NCBI GenBank assembly: GCA_028280455.1
Contig: JANQLT010000157.1
Location: forward strand, 28,215-92,214
Direction of reading: 5' to 3'
DNA from: Kiloniellales bacterium
Lineage (GTDB): Bacteria > Pseudomonadota > Alphaproteobacteria > Kiloniellales > JAKSDN01
DNA: 64,000 bases
Shown one piece after another: positions 8,931 to 17,376 of this stretch. The position numbers and the translations under genes were made by a program. The notes beneath the pieces were generated by a model. The model did not search any database. It saw nothing but the letters and a program-made list of their open reading frames with translations, and was not told where the DNA came from. The first letter of the stretch is position 1. The number at the start of each line of letters is the position of its first letter.

Positions 8931-9085
8931 AGCCCGAGGTCTTCTTCGGCGATATCTATCAGCGCTGTACCGCCACGGGTTGATCAAGACACCGTGAGGT
9001 CTCGCCAGGCGGTCGTGGCCTGTGGTATACCACTGGTTAACAATGGTGCGGCGATGCCCTCAAGGCGCGCCACGGGAGGCATTTC

Positions 9086-9670
9086 TTGAAGGATCAGGCG
9101 AGCTTGCCGCTCGGCGTGGTGGTCGAGCGGCGCGAGCTGGAGAGCCGTTGGATCCGCTACGGCTGGCGGCCGGTCGCGGTGATCCCCGGCGCCGGGCCGC
9201 TCGATCCGGAGGGCGACTGGACCCTGCTGGACAGCGGCGCGGGCTGGACCCAGTTCCACGCCGGCACCCTGTCCCTGGAGCTCTTCCCGAAGGAGACGGA
9301 GGGCTACCGCCTGAACCTCTCACAGCAGCCGCCGCGGGTCTTCGTCGTGCTCCGCACCCTCGACGACGACGACCTGCCGCACGACGTGCTGCCCTTCCGG
9401 GTCACCGCCTGTCCCTACGAGGCGCAGGACTACCTCGACAGCGGCGACGACATCGTCGAGGCTGTGGCCATGCCCGATGCGGTGATCGCCTTCGTGCAGG
9501 CCTACATCGACCGGCATCACGTCGACGAGCCCTTCGAGAAGCGCAAGCGCAAGCGCTGGGCCGAGCAGAGCGCCGGGATCGGCCTGCGCTCCTCAAGCGG
9601 CCGGGGGAGCGGCCCGGGGAGCGGACGGGGCGGCAACCGGGGCCCCGGCCGGGCGAACGGCCATGGCTGA
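9086..9670 (+). CDS. DUF3305 family protein (FDH-associated)
   Basis: TTG start preceded by GGGAGG. The sequence (LPLGVVVERRELESRW..GWRPVAV) matches my recollection of DUF3305 proteins encoded upstream of alphaproteobacterial FDH operons. Confidence 0.6.
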   Translation: MKDQASLPLGVVVERRELESRWIRYGWRPVAVIPGAGPLDPEGDWTLLDSGAGWTQFHAGTLSLELFPKETEGYRLNLSQQPPRVFVVLRTLDDDDLPHDVLPFRVTACPYEAQDYLDSGDDIVEAVAMPDAVIAFVQAYIDRHHVDEPFEKRKRKRWAEQSAGIGLRSSSGRGSGPGSGRGGNRGPGRANGHG

Positions 9671-10310
9671 GCAGGACGAGGGCTTCCTGACCCGCTGGGC
9701 GCGGCGCAAGGCCGAGCCCGAGGCGCCGGCGGCCCCCGAAGAGCCTGCGCCGCCTGAGGCGCCCGAGTCGCGCGGCGCGCTGACGGAGGCCGAGCGCCAG
9801 GCCCTGATCGAGAGCCTGCCCGACGTCGAAAGCCTGGACGAGGGCTCGGACTTCTCCGCTTTCATGCAGGAGGGCGTGCCGGAAGCCCTGAAGCGCCGGG
9901 CCCTGCGCCGGCTCTGGCGGCTGAACCCGATCTTCGCCCAGCTTGACGGGCTCAACGACTACGACGACGACTTCACCGACGCCGCCCTGGTCGTCGAGGG
10001 CATGCAGACCCTGTTTCAGGTCGGCAAGGGCATGGTGACCCCCGAGACCTCGGAGGAACCCGACGAGGCGCCCGTCGCCGACTCCGCGGAAAGCGCCGAG
10101 CCGACGCCCGAAGCGGCCGGCGAGGCAGCGGAAGAGCCGCCCCGCGAGGGTGAGGCTATCGAGGTTGTCGAGGCGGTCGAGGCCGACTCGGCGACGCCCC
10201 TGCCGGTCGCCCTGGCGGCGGCGCAGCCGGAGAACGCTCCGGCCGAGGAAGCGCCGCGCGGCAGCGGCCGGCCGGCCTCGGCCCGGCGCTGGGGGCTGCC
10301 CGATGCGTGA
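9663..10310 (+). CDS. DUF3306 family protein (FDH-associated), acidic low-complexity centre
   Basis: Overlaps the DUF3305 stop (ATGGCTGA). It has an N-terminal FLTRWARRKAE motif and a conserved LRRLWRLNPIFAQLDGLNDYDDDFTD block. Confidence 0.6.
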   Translation: MAEQDEGFLTRWARRKAEPEAPAAPEEPAPPEAPESRGALTEAERQALIESLPDVESLDEGSDFSAFMQEGVPEALKRRALRRLWRLNPIFAQLDGLNDYDDDFTDAALVVEGMQTLFQVGKGMVTPETSEEPDEAPVADSAESAEPTPEAAGEAAEEPPREGEAIEVVEAVEADSATPLPVALAAAQPENAPAEEAPRGSGRPASARRWGLPDA

Positions 10311-10383
10311 TCGCCGTGCCCTATCAGAGACCCCTCGGTTCCGTTGCTGTACCGGCCGGGCAAAGACCCTAGGTCAGGCTCGG

Positions 10384-10412
10384 TTGACACCCCACGGGAA
10401 AAGCTCTGTAAT
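10384..10412 (+). promoter_or_regulatory. Sigma70-like promoter candidate for the FDH structural genes
   Basis: TTGACA (10384-89), a 17-nt spacer, then TGTAAT (10407-12), in an unusually AT-rich stretch. Confidence 0.35.
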
Positions 10413-10532
10413 GGATACAACGTCAAAAAACCCTTTGATTATGAGGGGATAAACACCGGAAAGAGCAAACGAATGGCGCTTCTTGCAGGCGGCGTTCGCT
10501 CTCTTCGGACCAACGGGAGGATTGCGGTGTCG

Positions 10533-11132
10533 ATGGCGGCAACGCCCATCGAAATCAGCGAAGAAGACCGACTGAGAGCCAACTGGTATGGCCTGCTGGC
10601 GAAGCTCCTGGGAGCGGCGCCGGGGTCCGAGACGCTTGCCCAGGTGGCGGCGCTGCCGGGCGACGACAGCGAGCTCGGCAAGCTGCTCGGCTCTCTCGCC
10701 GCTGCCGCCCGCGGCAGCTCCGCCGAAGCCCTGCGCGACGAGTACTTCAGCCTGTTCATCGGCGTCGGCCGCGGCGAGCTGGTGCCTTACGGCTCCTACT
10801 ACCTGACCGGCTTCCTGCACGAGAAGCCCCTGGCCCGTCTGCGCGCCGACATGACCAAGCTGGGCGCCGAGCGGGCCGAAGGCGTGGTCGAGACCGAAGA
10901 CCACATCGCCTCGCTCTGCGACACCATGGTCGGCCTAATAACCGGCCAGTTCGGCGCGCCGGCGCCGCTGGAGACCCAGCGCAGCTTCTTCCGCGATCAC
11001 ATCGGCTCTTGGGCGCCGCGGTTCTTCGAGGACCTGCAGGCCGCCAAGGGCGCGGCGTTCTACATGCCCGTGGGCGCGATCGGCGGCCTCGTCATGGCCA
11101 TCGAAGCCCAGGCGTTCGAGATGGCGGCCTAG
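10533..11132 (+). CDS. TorD/DmsD-family redox enzyme maturation chaperone
   Basis: TorD-like sequence (RANWYGLLAKLL, EYFSLFIG, LVPYGSYYLTGFL, EDHIASLCDTM). I chose the ATG at 10533; a GTG at 10526 is an alternative. Confidence 0.7.
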   Translation: MAATPIEISEEDRLRANWYGLLAKLLGAAPGSETLAQVAALPGDDSELGKLLGSLAAAARGSSAEALRDEYFSLFIGVGRGELVPYGSYYLTGFLHEKPLARLRADMTKLGAERAEGVVETEDHIASLCDTMVGLITGQFGAPAPLETQRSFFRDHIGSWAPRFFEDLQAAKGAAFYMPVGAIGGLVMAIEAQAFEMAA

Positions 11133-11249
11133 CGCCCAAGGGGATCAACAACCCCCCGGGGGCGGGCGGCCCCCTCTAGGCAGACCTCCCGCCCGACAAC
11201 GGCGCGACCCCGAAGCGAAGGGCGAGCGCCACAGGAGAAAGGTGACTCG

Positions 11250-11447
11250 ATGAGCAAGAAGGAACCGACGTCCCTCGGTCGTCGCGACTTCTTCAAGACA
11301 GCGGGTGTCGGCGTTGCCGGCGCTGCGGCTGTCGGGCTTACCGCCGCCAAGGCGGGAGCCGTGGAGTCGAAAGACCGGTCGGCCGACAGCGCCGGCTATC
11401 GCGAGACCGAGCACGTGAAGAAGTACTACGAGCTCTCTCGGTTCTAA
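11250..11447 (+). CDS. Small Tat-signal protein of the 'formate dehydrogenase region TAT target' type
   Basis: 65 aa, with an AGGAGA Shine-Dalgarno and a twin-arginine motif GRRDFFKTAGVGVAGAAA. It lies immediately upstream of the FDH alpha subunit. Confidence 0.65.
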   Translation: MSKKEPTSLGRRDFFKTAGVGVAGAAAVGLTAAKAGAVESKDRSADSAGYRETEHVKKYYELSRF

Positions 11448-11478
11448 TCCGACGAATTGCAACTTCTAGGAGAAGTCG

Positions 11479-14346
11479 ATGCTTACGAAGAAGACGAATG
11501 GGGTGGCGAATGGCCCCCGTTTGTCCAAGGCGTTGGCAGGCGTCGTCGGCAGTGCGATCGATCGCCGGACCTTCCTGAAGCGTTCCGGTCTGACCGCGGG
11601 TGGTGCCGCGGCCTTGACCGCGATGTCCTCGGGCATGGTCCGCAAGGCGGAAGCCGCGGCGGCCTCTGGCTCTGTCCAGATGGTCAAATCGATCTGTACG
11701 CACTGCTCGGTGGGCTGCACGGTTGTCGCCGAGGTACAAAACGGGGTCTGGGTCGGTCAGGAGCCCGGCTGGGACAGCCCCTTCAATCTCGGCGCCCATT
11801 GCGCCAAGGGCGCGTCGGTGCGCGAGCATGCGCACGGCGAGCGCCGCCTGAAGCACCCTGTCAAGCTCGTCGACGGCAAGTGGCAGAGGGTGAGCTGGGA
11901 AGACGCGGTCAACGAGATCGGCGACAAGATGCTCGAGATCCGCGAGAAGTCGGGTCCCGACTCCGTCTACTGGCTCGGCTCCGCCAAGTTCAGCAACGAG
12001 CAGGCCTATCTCTTCCGTAAGTTCTACGCCTTCTGGGGCTCGAACAACGGCGATCACCAGGCGCGGATCTGTCACTCGACCACGGTCGCGGGTGTTGCGA
12101 ACACCTGGGGCTACGGCGCGATGACGAACTCCTACAACGACATCCACAACTCCCGCGCCATCTTCGAGATCGGCGGCAACCCCGCCGAGGCTCACCCGGT
12201 CGCCCTGCAGCACATGCTCAAGGCGAAGGAGCAGAACAACGCGCCCTTCATCGTGTGCGACCCGCGCTTCACGCGCACGGCCGCGCATGCCGACGAGTTT
12301 GTCCGCTTCCGTCCAGGCACCGACGTGGGCCTGATCTGGGGCATCCTCTGGCACGTCTTCGAGAACGGCTGGGAGGACAAGGAGTTCATCCGCCAGCGTG
12401 TCTGGGGCATGGACCAGATCCGGGCCGAGGTCGCCAAGTGGACGCCGGAAGAGACCGAGCGCGTCACCGGCGTGCCGGGCTCGCAGCTCAAGCGCGTCGC
12501 GCGGACGCTGGCCAATCACCGCCCCTTCACGATCATCTGGTGCATGGGCGGCACGCAGCACACCAACGGCAACAACAACACCCGTGCCTATTGCGCCCTG
12601 GGCCTGGCCCTCGGCGTGATCGGGACCTCGGGCGGCGGGGCCAACATCTTCCGCGGCCACGACAACGTCCAAGGCGCCACGGACTTCTGTGTGCTGTCGC
12701 ACAGCCTGCCCGGCTACTACGGCCTGAAGACCGGCTCGTGGAAGCACTGGGCGCGGGTTTGGGATGTCGACTACGACTACCTGCTGGGCCGTTTCGCCAG
12801 CAAGGAGCTGATGGAGTCGAAGGGCATCCCGGTCTCGCGTTGGGCCGACGGCGTGCTCGAAGCCAAGGAGAACATGGATCAGCCTGACAAGCTCAAGGCG
12901 ATGGTGTTCTGGGGTCATGCGCCCAACTCGCAGACCCGCGGCGTCGACCAGAAGAAGGCCATGGAGGCCCTCGATCTGCTGGTCGTCATCGATCCCTATC
13001 CGACGATGACGGCGGTGGTTCACGACCGCAAGGACGGCGTCTATCTCCTGCCGGCGGCGACCCAGTTCGAGACCTACGGCTCGGTGACAGCGTCGAACCG
13101 CTCGCTGCAGTGGCGCGACAAGATCTTCGAGCCGCTGTTCGAGGCCCGGCCCGACCAGGACATCATCTACGCGATGGCCGAGAAGTTCGGCTTCGCCGAC
13201 GAGATGTTCAAGCACATCAAGGTCGAGAACGGTGCCCCGCTGGTCGAGGACGTGACCCGCGAGTTCAACAAGGGCATGTGGACCATCGGCTACACCGGCC
13301 AGTCGCCGGAGCGCATGAAGGCGCACATGGCCCATCAGCACACCTTCGACAGGACCACCCTGCAAGCCGTGGGCGGCCCGGTCGATGGCGACTACTACGG
13401 TCTGCCGTGGCCTTGCTGGGGCACGGCGGAGATGGGCCATCCCGGCACCCCGATCCTCTACGACACCTCGAAGCCGGTCGCCGAAGGCGGCCTCTGCTTC
13501 CGGGCGCGTTTCGGGGTCGAGCGGGAAGGCGACAACCTCTTGGCCGAAGGCAGCTATCCGGCCGGCTCGGAGATCCAGGACGGCTATCCCGAGTTCACCA
13601 TGGCCATGCTCAAGGAGCTTGGCTGGGATGGCGATCTGACCGCCGACGAGCGCTCGACGATCGAGGCCATCGCCGGCGACAAGACCAACTGGAAGACCGA
13701 CCTCTCCGGCGGCATCCAGCGGGTCGCCATCAAGCATGGCTGCGCGCCCTTCGGCAACGCCAAGGCCCGTACCGTGGTCTGGACCTTCCCGGACCCGGTG
13801 CCCCTGCACCGCGAGCCTCTCTACACCTCGCGGCGCGACCTCGTGGCCGACTATCCGACCTATTCGGATCGCAAGGCCTATCGCCTGCCGACCCTCTACG
13901 AGTCGATCCAGAAGAACGATTTCTCGGGCGAGTTCCCGATCATTCTGACTTCCGGACGCCTCGTGGAATACGAGGGCGGCGGCGACGAGACGCGCTCGAA
14001 CCCCTGGCTGGCCGAGCTGCAGCAGGACATGTTCGCCGAGATCAATCCCTTCGATGCCAACGAGAACGGCATCAAGGACGGCGACATGGTCTGGCTGCAC
14101 ACCCCGGAAGGCGCCAAGGTCAAGGTTATGGCCCAGGTGACCGAGCGGGTCGGCCGCGGCGTCGCCTTCATGCCGTTCCACTTCGGCGGGCATTTCCAGG
14201 GTGAGGACCTCCGCAGCAAGTATCCGGAGGGTGCCGATCCCTATGTCCTCGGCGAGGCCTGTAACACGGCCATGACCTACGGCTACGACTCCGTGACGCA
14301 GATGCAGGAGTCGAAGGTCAGCCTGTGTCGTCTCGAGCGCGCGTAA
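11479..14346 (+). CDS. Formate dehydrogenase alpha subunit (Tat-exported molybdopterin enzyme, Cys type)
   Basis: 955 aa. Tat signal DRRTFLKRSGL; FeS motif CTHCSVGCTV; active-site HQARICHSTTVAG with Cys (TGT at 12070-12072) where Sec-type enzymes have U. Confidence 0.95.
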   Translation: MLTKKTNGVANGPRLSKALAGVVGSAIDRRTFLKRSGLTAGGAAALTAMSSGMVRKAEAAAASGSVQMVKSICTHCSVGCTVVAEVQNGVWVGQEPGWDSPFNLGAHCAKGASVREHAHGERRLKHPVKLVDGKWQRVSWEDAVNEIGDKMLEIREKSGPDSVYWLGSAKFSNEQAYLFRKFYAFWGSNNGDHQARICHSTTVAGVANTWGYGAMTNSYNDIHNSRAIFEIGGNPAEAHPVALQHMLKAKEQNNAPFIVCDPRFTRTAAHADEFVRFRPGTDVGLIWGILWHVFENGWEDKEFIRQRVWGMDQIRAEVAKWTPEETERVTGVPGSQLKRVARTLANHRPFTIIWCMGGTQHTNGNNNTRAYCALGLALGVIGTSGGGANIFRGHDNVQGATDFCVLSHSLPGYYGLKTGSWKHWARVWDVDYDYLLGRFASKELMESKGIPVSRWADGVLEAKENMDQPDKLKAMVFWGHAPNSQTRGVDQKKAMEALDLLVVIDPYPTMTAVVHDRKDGVYLLPAATQFETYGSVTASNRSLQWRDKIFEPLFEARPDQDIIYAMAEKFGFADEMFKHIKVENGAPLVEDVTREFNKGMWTIGYTGQSPERMKAHMAHQHTFDRTTLQAVGGPVDGDYYGLPWPCWGTAEMGHPGTPILYDTSKPVAEGGLCFRARFGVEREGDNLLAEGSYPAGSEIQDGYPEFTMAMLKELGWDGDLTADERSTIEAIAGDKTNWKTDLSGGIQRVAIKHGCAPFGNAKARTVVWTFPDPVPLHREPLYTSRRDLVADYPTYSDRKAYRLPTLYESIQKNDFSGEFPIILTSGRLVEYEGGGDETRSNPWLAELQQDMFAEINPFDANENGIKDGDMVWLHTPEGAKVKVMAQVTERVGRGVAFMPFHFGGHFQGEDLRSKYPEGADPYVLGEACNTAMTYGYDSVTQMQESKVSLCRLERA

Positions 14347-14360
14347 GGAGGATCTGAACT

Positions 14361-14960
14361 ATGGCTGCACGTATGAAGTTCCTCTGCGACGCCGAGCGCT
14401 GCATCGAGTGCAACGCTTGCGTCACCGCGTGTAAGAACGAGCACGAAGTCCCCTGGGGTGTGAACCGCAGGCGGGTCGTGACCATCAACGACGGCAAGCC
14501 CGGCGAGCGCTCGATCTCGGTGGCCTGCATGCATTGCTCCGACGCACCCTGCATGGCGGTCTGCCCGGTCGACTGCTTCTACGAGACCGAGGAAGGCGTG
14601 GTCCTGCACTCCAAGGACCTTTGCATCGGTTGCGGCTACTGCTTCTACGCCTGCCCCTTCGGGGCACCGCAGTACCCGCAGGCCGGCAACTTCGGCAGCC
14701 GGGGCAAGATGGACAAGTGCACCTTCTGTGCTGGCGGACCGGAAGAGGATCACTCCTCGATCGAGTTCTCCAAGTACGGACGCAACCGTCTTGCGGAAGG
14801 CAAGCTCCCGCTTTGCGCCGAGATGTGCGCCACCAAGGCGCTCCTCGCCGGCGATGGCGACACGGTGTCCGACATCTACCGCGAGCGCGTGGTCGCCCGC
14901 GGCTTCGGGTCGGGCGCCTGGGGCTGGGGCACGGCTTACGAAGTCAAGTCGGGCTCCTGA
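14361..14960 (+). CDS. Formate dehydrogenase beta (4x[4Fe-4S] ferredoxin) subunit
   Basis: Multiple CxxCxxCxxxC clusters (CIECNACVTAC, CMHCSDAPC, CIGCGYCFYAC, CTFC). Confidence 0.9.
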   Translation: MAARMKFLCDAERCIECNACVTACKNEHEVPWGVNRRRVVTINDGKPGERSISVACMHCSDAPCMAVCPVDCFYETEEGVVLHSKDLCIGCGYCFYACPFGAPQYPQAGNFGSRGKMDKCTFCAGGPEEDHSSIEFSKYGRNRLAEGKLPLCAEMCATKALLAGDGDTVSDIYRERVVARGFGSGAWGWGTAYEVKSGS

Positions 14961-15001
14961 AGATCGGTCGAGAGACCGGCCTCGACGGTCGTTACGGCGC
15001 G

Positions 15002-15023
15002 GGGGCGGCGGTTTCGCCGCCCC
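15002..15023 (+). other. GC-rich stem-loop between FDH beta and downstream genes
   Basis: GGGGCGGCG-GTTT-CGCCGCCCC with no U-tract. It may be an intra-operon processing or stability element. Confidence 0.3.
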
Positions 15024-15191
15024 GTGGCCGCCTTCGACCCAGGCGGTCTTCCGACCGGGGCCGCGCGAGAGCGGCGAAAGCCGGGCGGCAACGCGGGCCG
15101 CGGCGGCCACAGGTAAGCGAAACTGAGACCGGCGGGGCGCCCGGGGGCGGCCTCTCGCGGTCTGTCTTGGGTTGGAGGAGGCGGAGCCATC

Positions 15192-15389
15192 ATGGCTAGG
15201 CGGTCGTCAGCTCTGTTGCTTTGGCCTCTTGTCGCGCTGCCGCTGGTCCTGGCAGGTTGCGACGAGGCGGAGCAGGGCCGGATCCTGCGCTACGAGAAAG
15301 GCGTCTACTTGGGTCCGGAGGACACCAAGCTGGATCAAGAGACGCTCGACCAATTGCGTCAGCGCACGCGTCTGCAGCAGGGCAGCTAG
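15192..15389 (+). CDS. Small lipoprotein (65 aa), function unknown
   Basis: Strong Shine-Dalgarno (GGAGGAGGCGGAG) and a lipobox LVLAGC after a hydrophobic signal. It lies between the FDH beta and gamma genes. Confidence 0.5.
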   Translation: MARRSSALLLWPLVALPLVLAGCDEAEQGRILRYEKGVYLGPEDTKLDQETLDQLRQRTRLQQGS

Positions 15390-15431
15390 GCGCGACAAGA
15401 AGCGATTTCCTAGGGTCAGGGACGAAGGCGA

Positions 15432-16592
15432 ATGGTTGACTTGAAGCAGAGGGCGCTCGGGCGCTTCTTTGAGGGCGGCGTGGCGATGCTCGTTGCCGCC
15501 TTGCTGGTGCTGGGCCTGGCTACGGCCGTCAGCCCGGAGGCCTTGGCCCAGGGCGCACAGGACAGCCTGCGCGAAGTGGCACCAGAGTCGCCGACGGGCG
15601 GGACGGTGCCGGGGCAGTCGCTCGGATTCAACAGCGATTCCGAGATCTGGCGCGCGGTGCGCGAGGGCGCGTTTGGCGCGGTGTCCGGGCCCAACAAGGC
15701 GTCGGGCAACTTGATCCAGTCCGAGGGCGACAACTGGCGGGCCATCCGAAATGGCCCGCTGTTGGTTTACGGCGGCAGCCTCGTGCTCGGCTTCATCGGC
15801 TTGACGGCCCTGTTCTTCCTGTTCCGCGGCCGGATCCGCATCGACGCAGGGCCGAGCGGCAGGACGATGTTGCGCTTCAACGGCATCGAGCGTTTCGCCC
15901 ACTGGATGACGGCGGTCAGCTTCATCATCCTGGCGCTGACCGGCTTGAACCTGCTCTACGGCAAGGAGGTCCTGATCCCGCTGCTTGGCAAGGAGGCCTT
16001 CGCCACGATCAGCGGCTGGGGCAAGATTGCCCACAACTACTTGGCTTTCCCCTTCATGTTCGGCGTGGTGATGATGTTCGTCCTCTGGGTGGCGCACAAC
16101 ATCCCGAACCGGCACGATATCAAGTGGCTGCTCATCGGCGGCGGCCTCTTCGTCAAGAACGTCCATCCGCCGGCGCGCAAGTTCAATGCCGGCCAAAAGC
16201 TGATCTTCTGGTCCGTGATCCTGGGTGGCCTTTCTCTCGGCCTCTCCGGTTGGGCTCTGTTGTTTCCCTTCACCACGACCTTCTTCGCCGACACCTTCGC
16301 GGTCCTGAACGTGTTCGGCTTGGGCCTGCCGACCGATCTGACCCTGATGCACGAGATGCAGCTCAACCAGCTCTGGCACGGCATCGTCGGCTTCATCATG
16401 ATGGGCGTCATCGTCGGGCACATCTACATCGGGACGCTCGGCATGGAAGGCGCCTTCGCCGCGGTGGGGAGCGGCCATGTCGACGTCAACTGGGCGCGCG
16501 AGCACCACAGCCTCTGGGTCGAAGAGCACGAGGACTTCATGGATCCGGCACCCGACGCGGAAGGGCCCGGCAGGGCTCAGCCGGCGGAATAG
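15432..16592 (+). CDS. Formate dehydrogenase gamma (cytochrome b) subunit with N-terminal periplasmic extension
   Basis: 386 aa. Multiple TM helices with the conserved His residues of FdnI-like cytochrome b (ERFAHWMTAVSF, IAHNYLAFPF, QLWHGIVGF, HIYIGT). Confidence 0.85.
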   Translation: MVDLKQRALGRFFEGGVAMLVAALLVLGLATAVSPEALAQGAQDSLREVAPESPTGGTVPGQSLGFNSDSEIWRAVREGAFGAVSGPNKASGNLIQSEGDNWRAIRNGPLLVYGGSLVLGFIGLTALFFLFRGRIRIDAGPSGRTMLRFNGIERFAHWMTAVSFIILALTGLNLLYGKEVLIPLLGKEAFATISGWGKIAHNYLAFPFMFGVVMMFVLWVAHNIPNRHDIKWLLIGGGLFVKNVHPPARKFNAGQKLIFWSVILGGLSLGLSGWALLFPFTTTFFADTFAVLNVFGLGLPTDLTLMHEMQLNQLWHGIVGFIMMGVIVGHIYIGTLGMEGAFAAVGSGHVDVNWAREHHSLWVEEHEDFMDPAPDAEGPGRAQPAE

Positions 16593-16689
16593 GCCCGGAG
16601 AGGAGATCACGGAGATCCAAGCCGCCCTTGGGGTGCCCATGTCCATGCAGTACGATGTCGGCACGGATGTCCGGCTGGGAGAGCGGCAG

Positions 16690-17358
16690 ATGCGCATGGC
16701 GGGTGGAGAGCGGCTGGCCGCCGTCGGGATGTCTTTGGCCGTCCTGATGGGCGCCTCGGCGCTGCCGGCCCTGGGGGACGAGCGGCTGCAGCAGGCGGTC
16801 GGCCCGGGCGGCGCGCCCGGCAGCGTGACTAGCCAGGTGCTGGCCAAGATGCCCGAGGGCTTCCCCATCGAGGTCGTGCTGTTCGACGACTCGGACACCA
16901 ACATCGAGCTGCGCGCGCTGCTGATTCAAGGCCTGGAGCGCCATGGCCATATCGTCGGCGAGGGAGCGCCGCTCGAGCTGGCCTTCGAGTCGGAGGTGAT
17001 GGAGGCGAACTTCCAGGACGATGACGCCCCGAGCCTCGGCCGCATCCAGTCCAGCAACCAGAACCAGACCGGCAACCGCGGCTCGGCGCGCGGCGTCGAG
17101 GCCGAAGTCAACCTCTGGTCGACGACCAAGGACTCCCTGCTCGGCGGCCGCCAGAAGCGCCTGGCCCAGTCGAAGCACTCGCTCTTCCACATCAATGCGA
17201 TCCTGCGCGATCGGGAGAGCGGTCGGGTGATCTGGCAAGGCGACGCGCTCTGCGAGATGCTGACCAGCAACCGCACGCGCCTGCTCCGCTCGATGGCGGA
17301 GCCCCTGGCCGCCTCGGTCGGCAAGACCGTGGTCGACGAGCCCTTCGATATTCGGTGA
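16690..17358 (+). CDS. Exported hypothetical protein
   Basis: I chose the ATG at 16690, preceded by GGGAGA, which gives the signal-like N-terminus MRMAGGERLAAVGMSLAVLMGASALPALG. The ATG at 16639 is an alternative. I recognise no domain. Confidence 0.5.
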   Translation: MRMAGGERLAAVGMSLAVLMGASALPALGDERLQQAVGPGGAPGSVTSQVLAKMPEGFPIEVVLFDDSDTNIELRALLIQGLERHGHIVGEGAPLELAFESEVMEANFQDDDAPSLGRIQSSNQNQTGNRGSARGVEAEVNLWSTTKDSLLGGRQKRLAQSKHSLFHINAILRDRESGRVIWQGDALCEMLTSNRTRLLRSMAEPLAASVGKTVVDEPFDIR

Positions 17359-17376
17359 GACGGCTCGCGGGGCTTC

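Noticed and set aside
8805-9089. 94-aa ORF in the mobA / DUF3305 intergenic region.
   Set aside because: It is Arg/Ser-rich with no Shine-Dalgarno and no recognisable fold. I treat the region as a non-coding leader.
10435-10448. FNR/CRP-like half-site TTGAT upstream of the FDH genes.
   Set aside because: The second half (expected ATCAA after 4 nt) is AGGGG, so it is not a palindrome.
12070-12072. Possible selenocysteine (in-frame TGA) at the FDH active site.
   Set aside because: The codon is TGT (Cys) in HQARICHSTTV and the ORF is uninterrupted. FdsA likewise has Cys (RLCHASSV). There is no recoding signal to look for.
11338-14193. 951-aa ORF antisense to the FDH alpha gene.
   Set aside because: Its translation is Arg/Ala/Gly/Asp/Leu-rich low complexity with no recognisable motifs. 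The sense strand has unmistakable FDH motifs. This is a typical high-GC shadow ORF.
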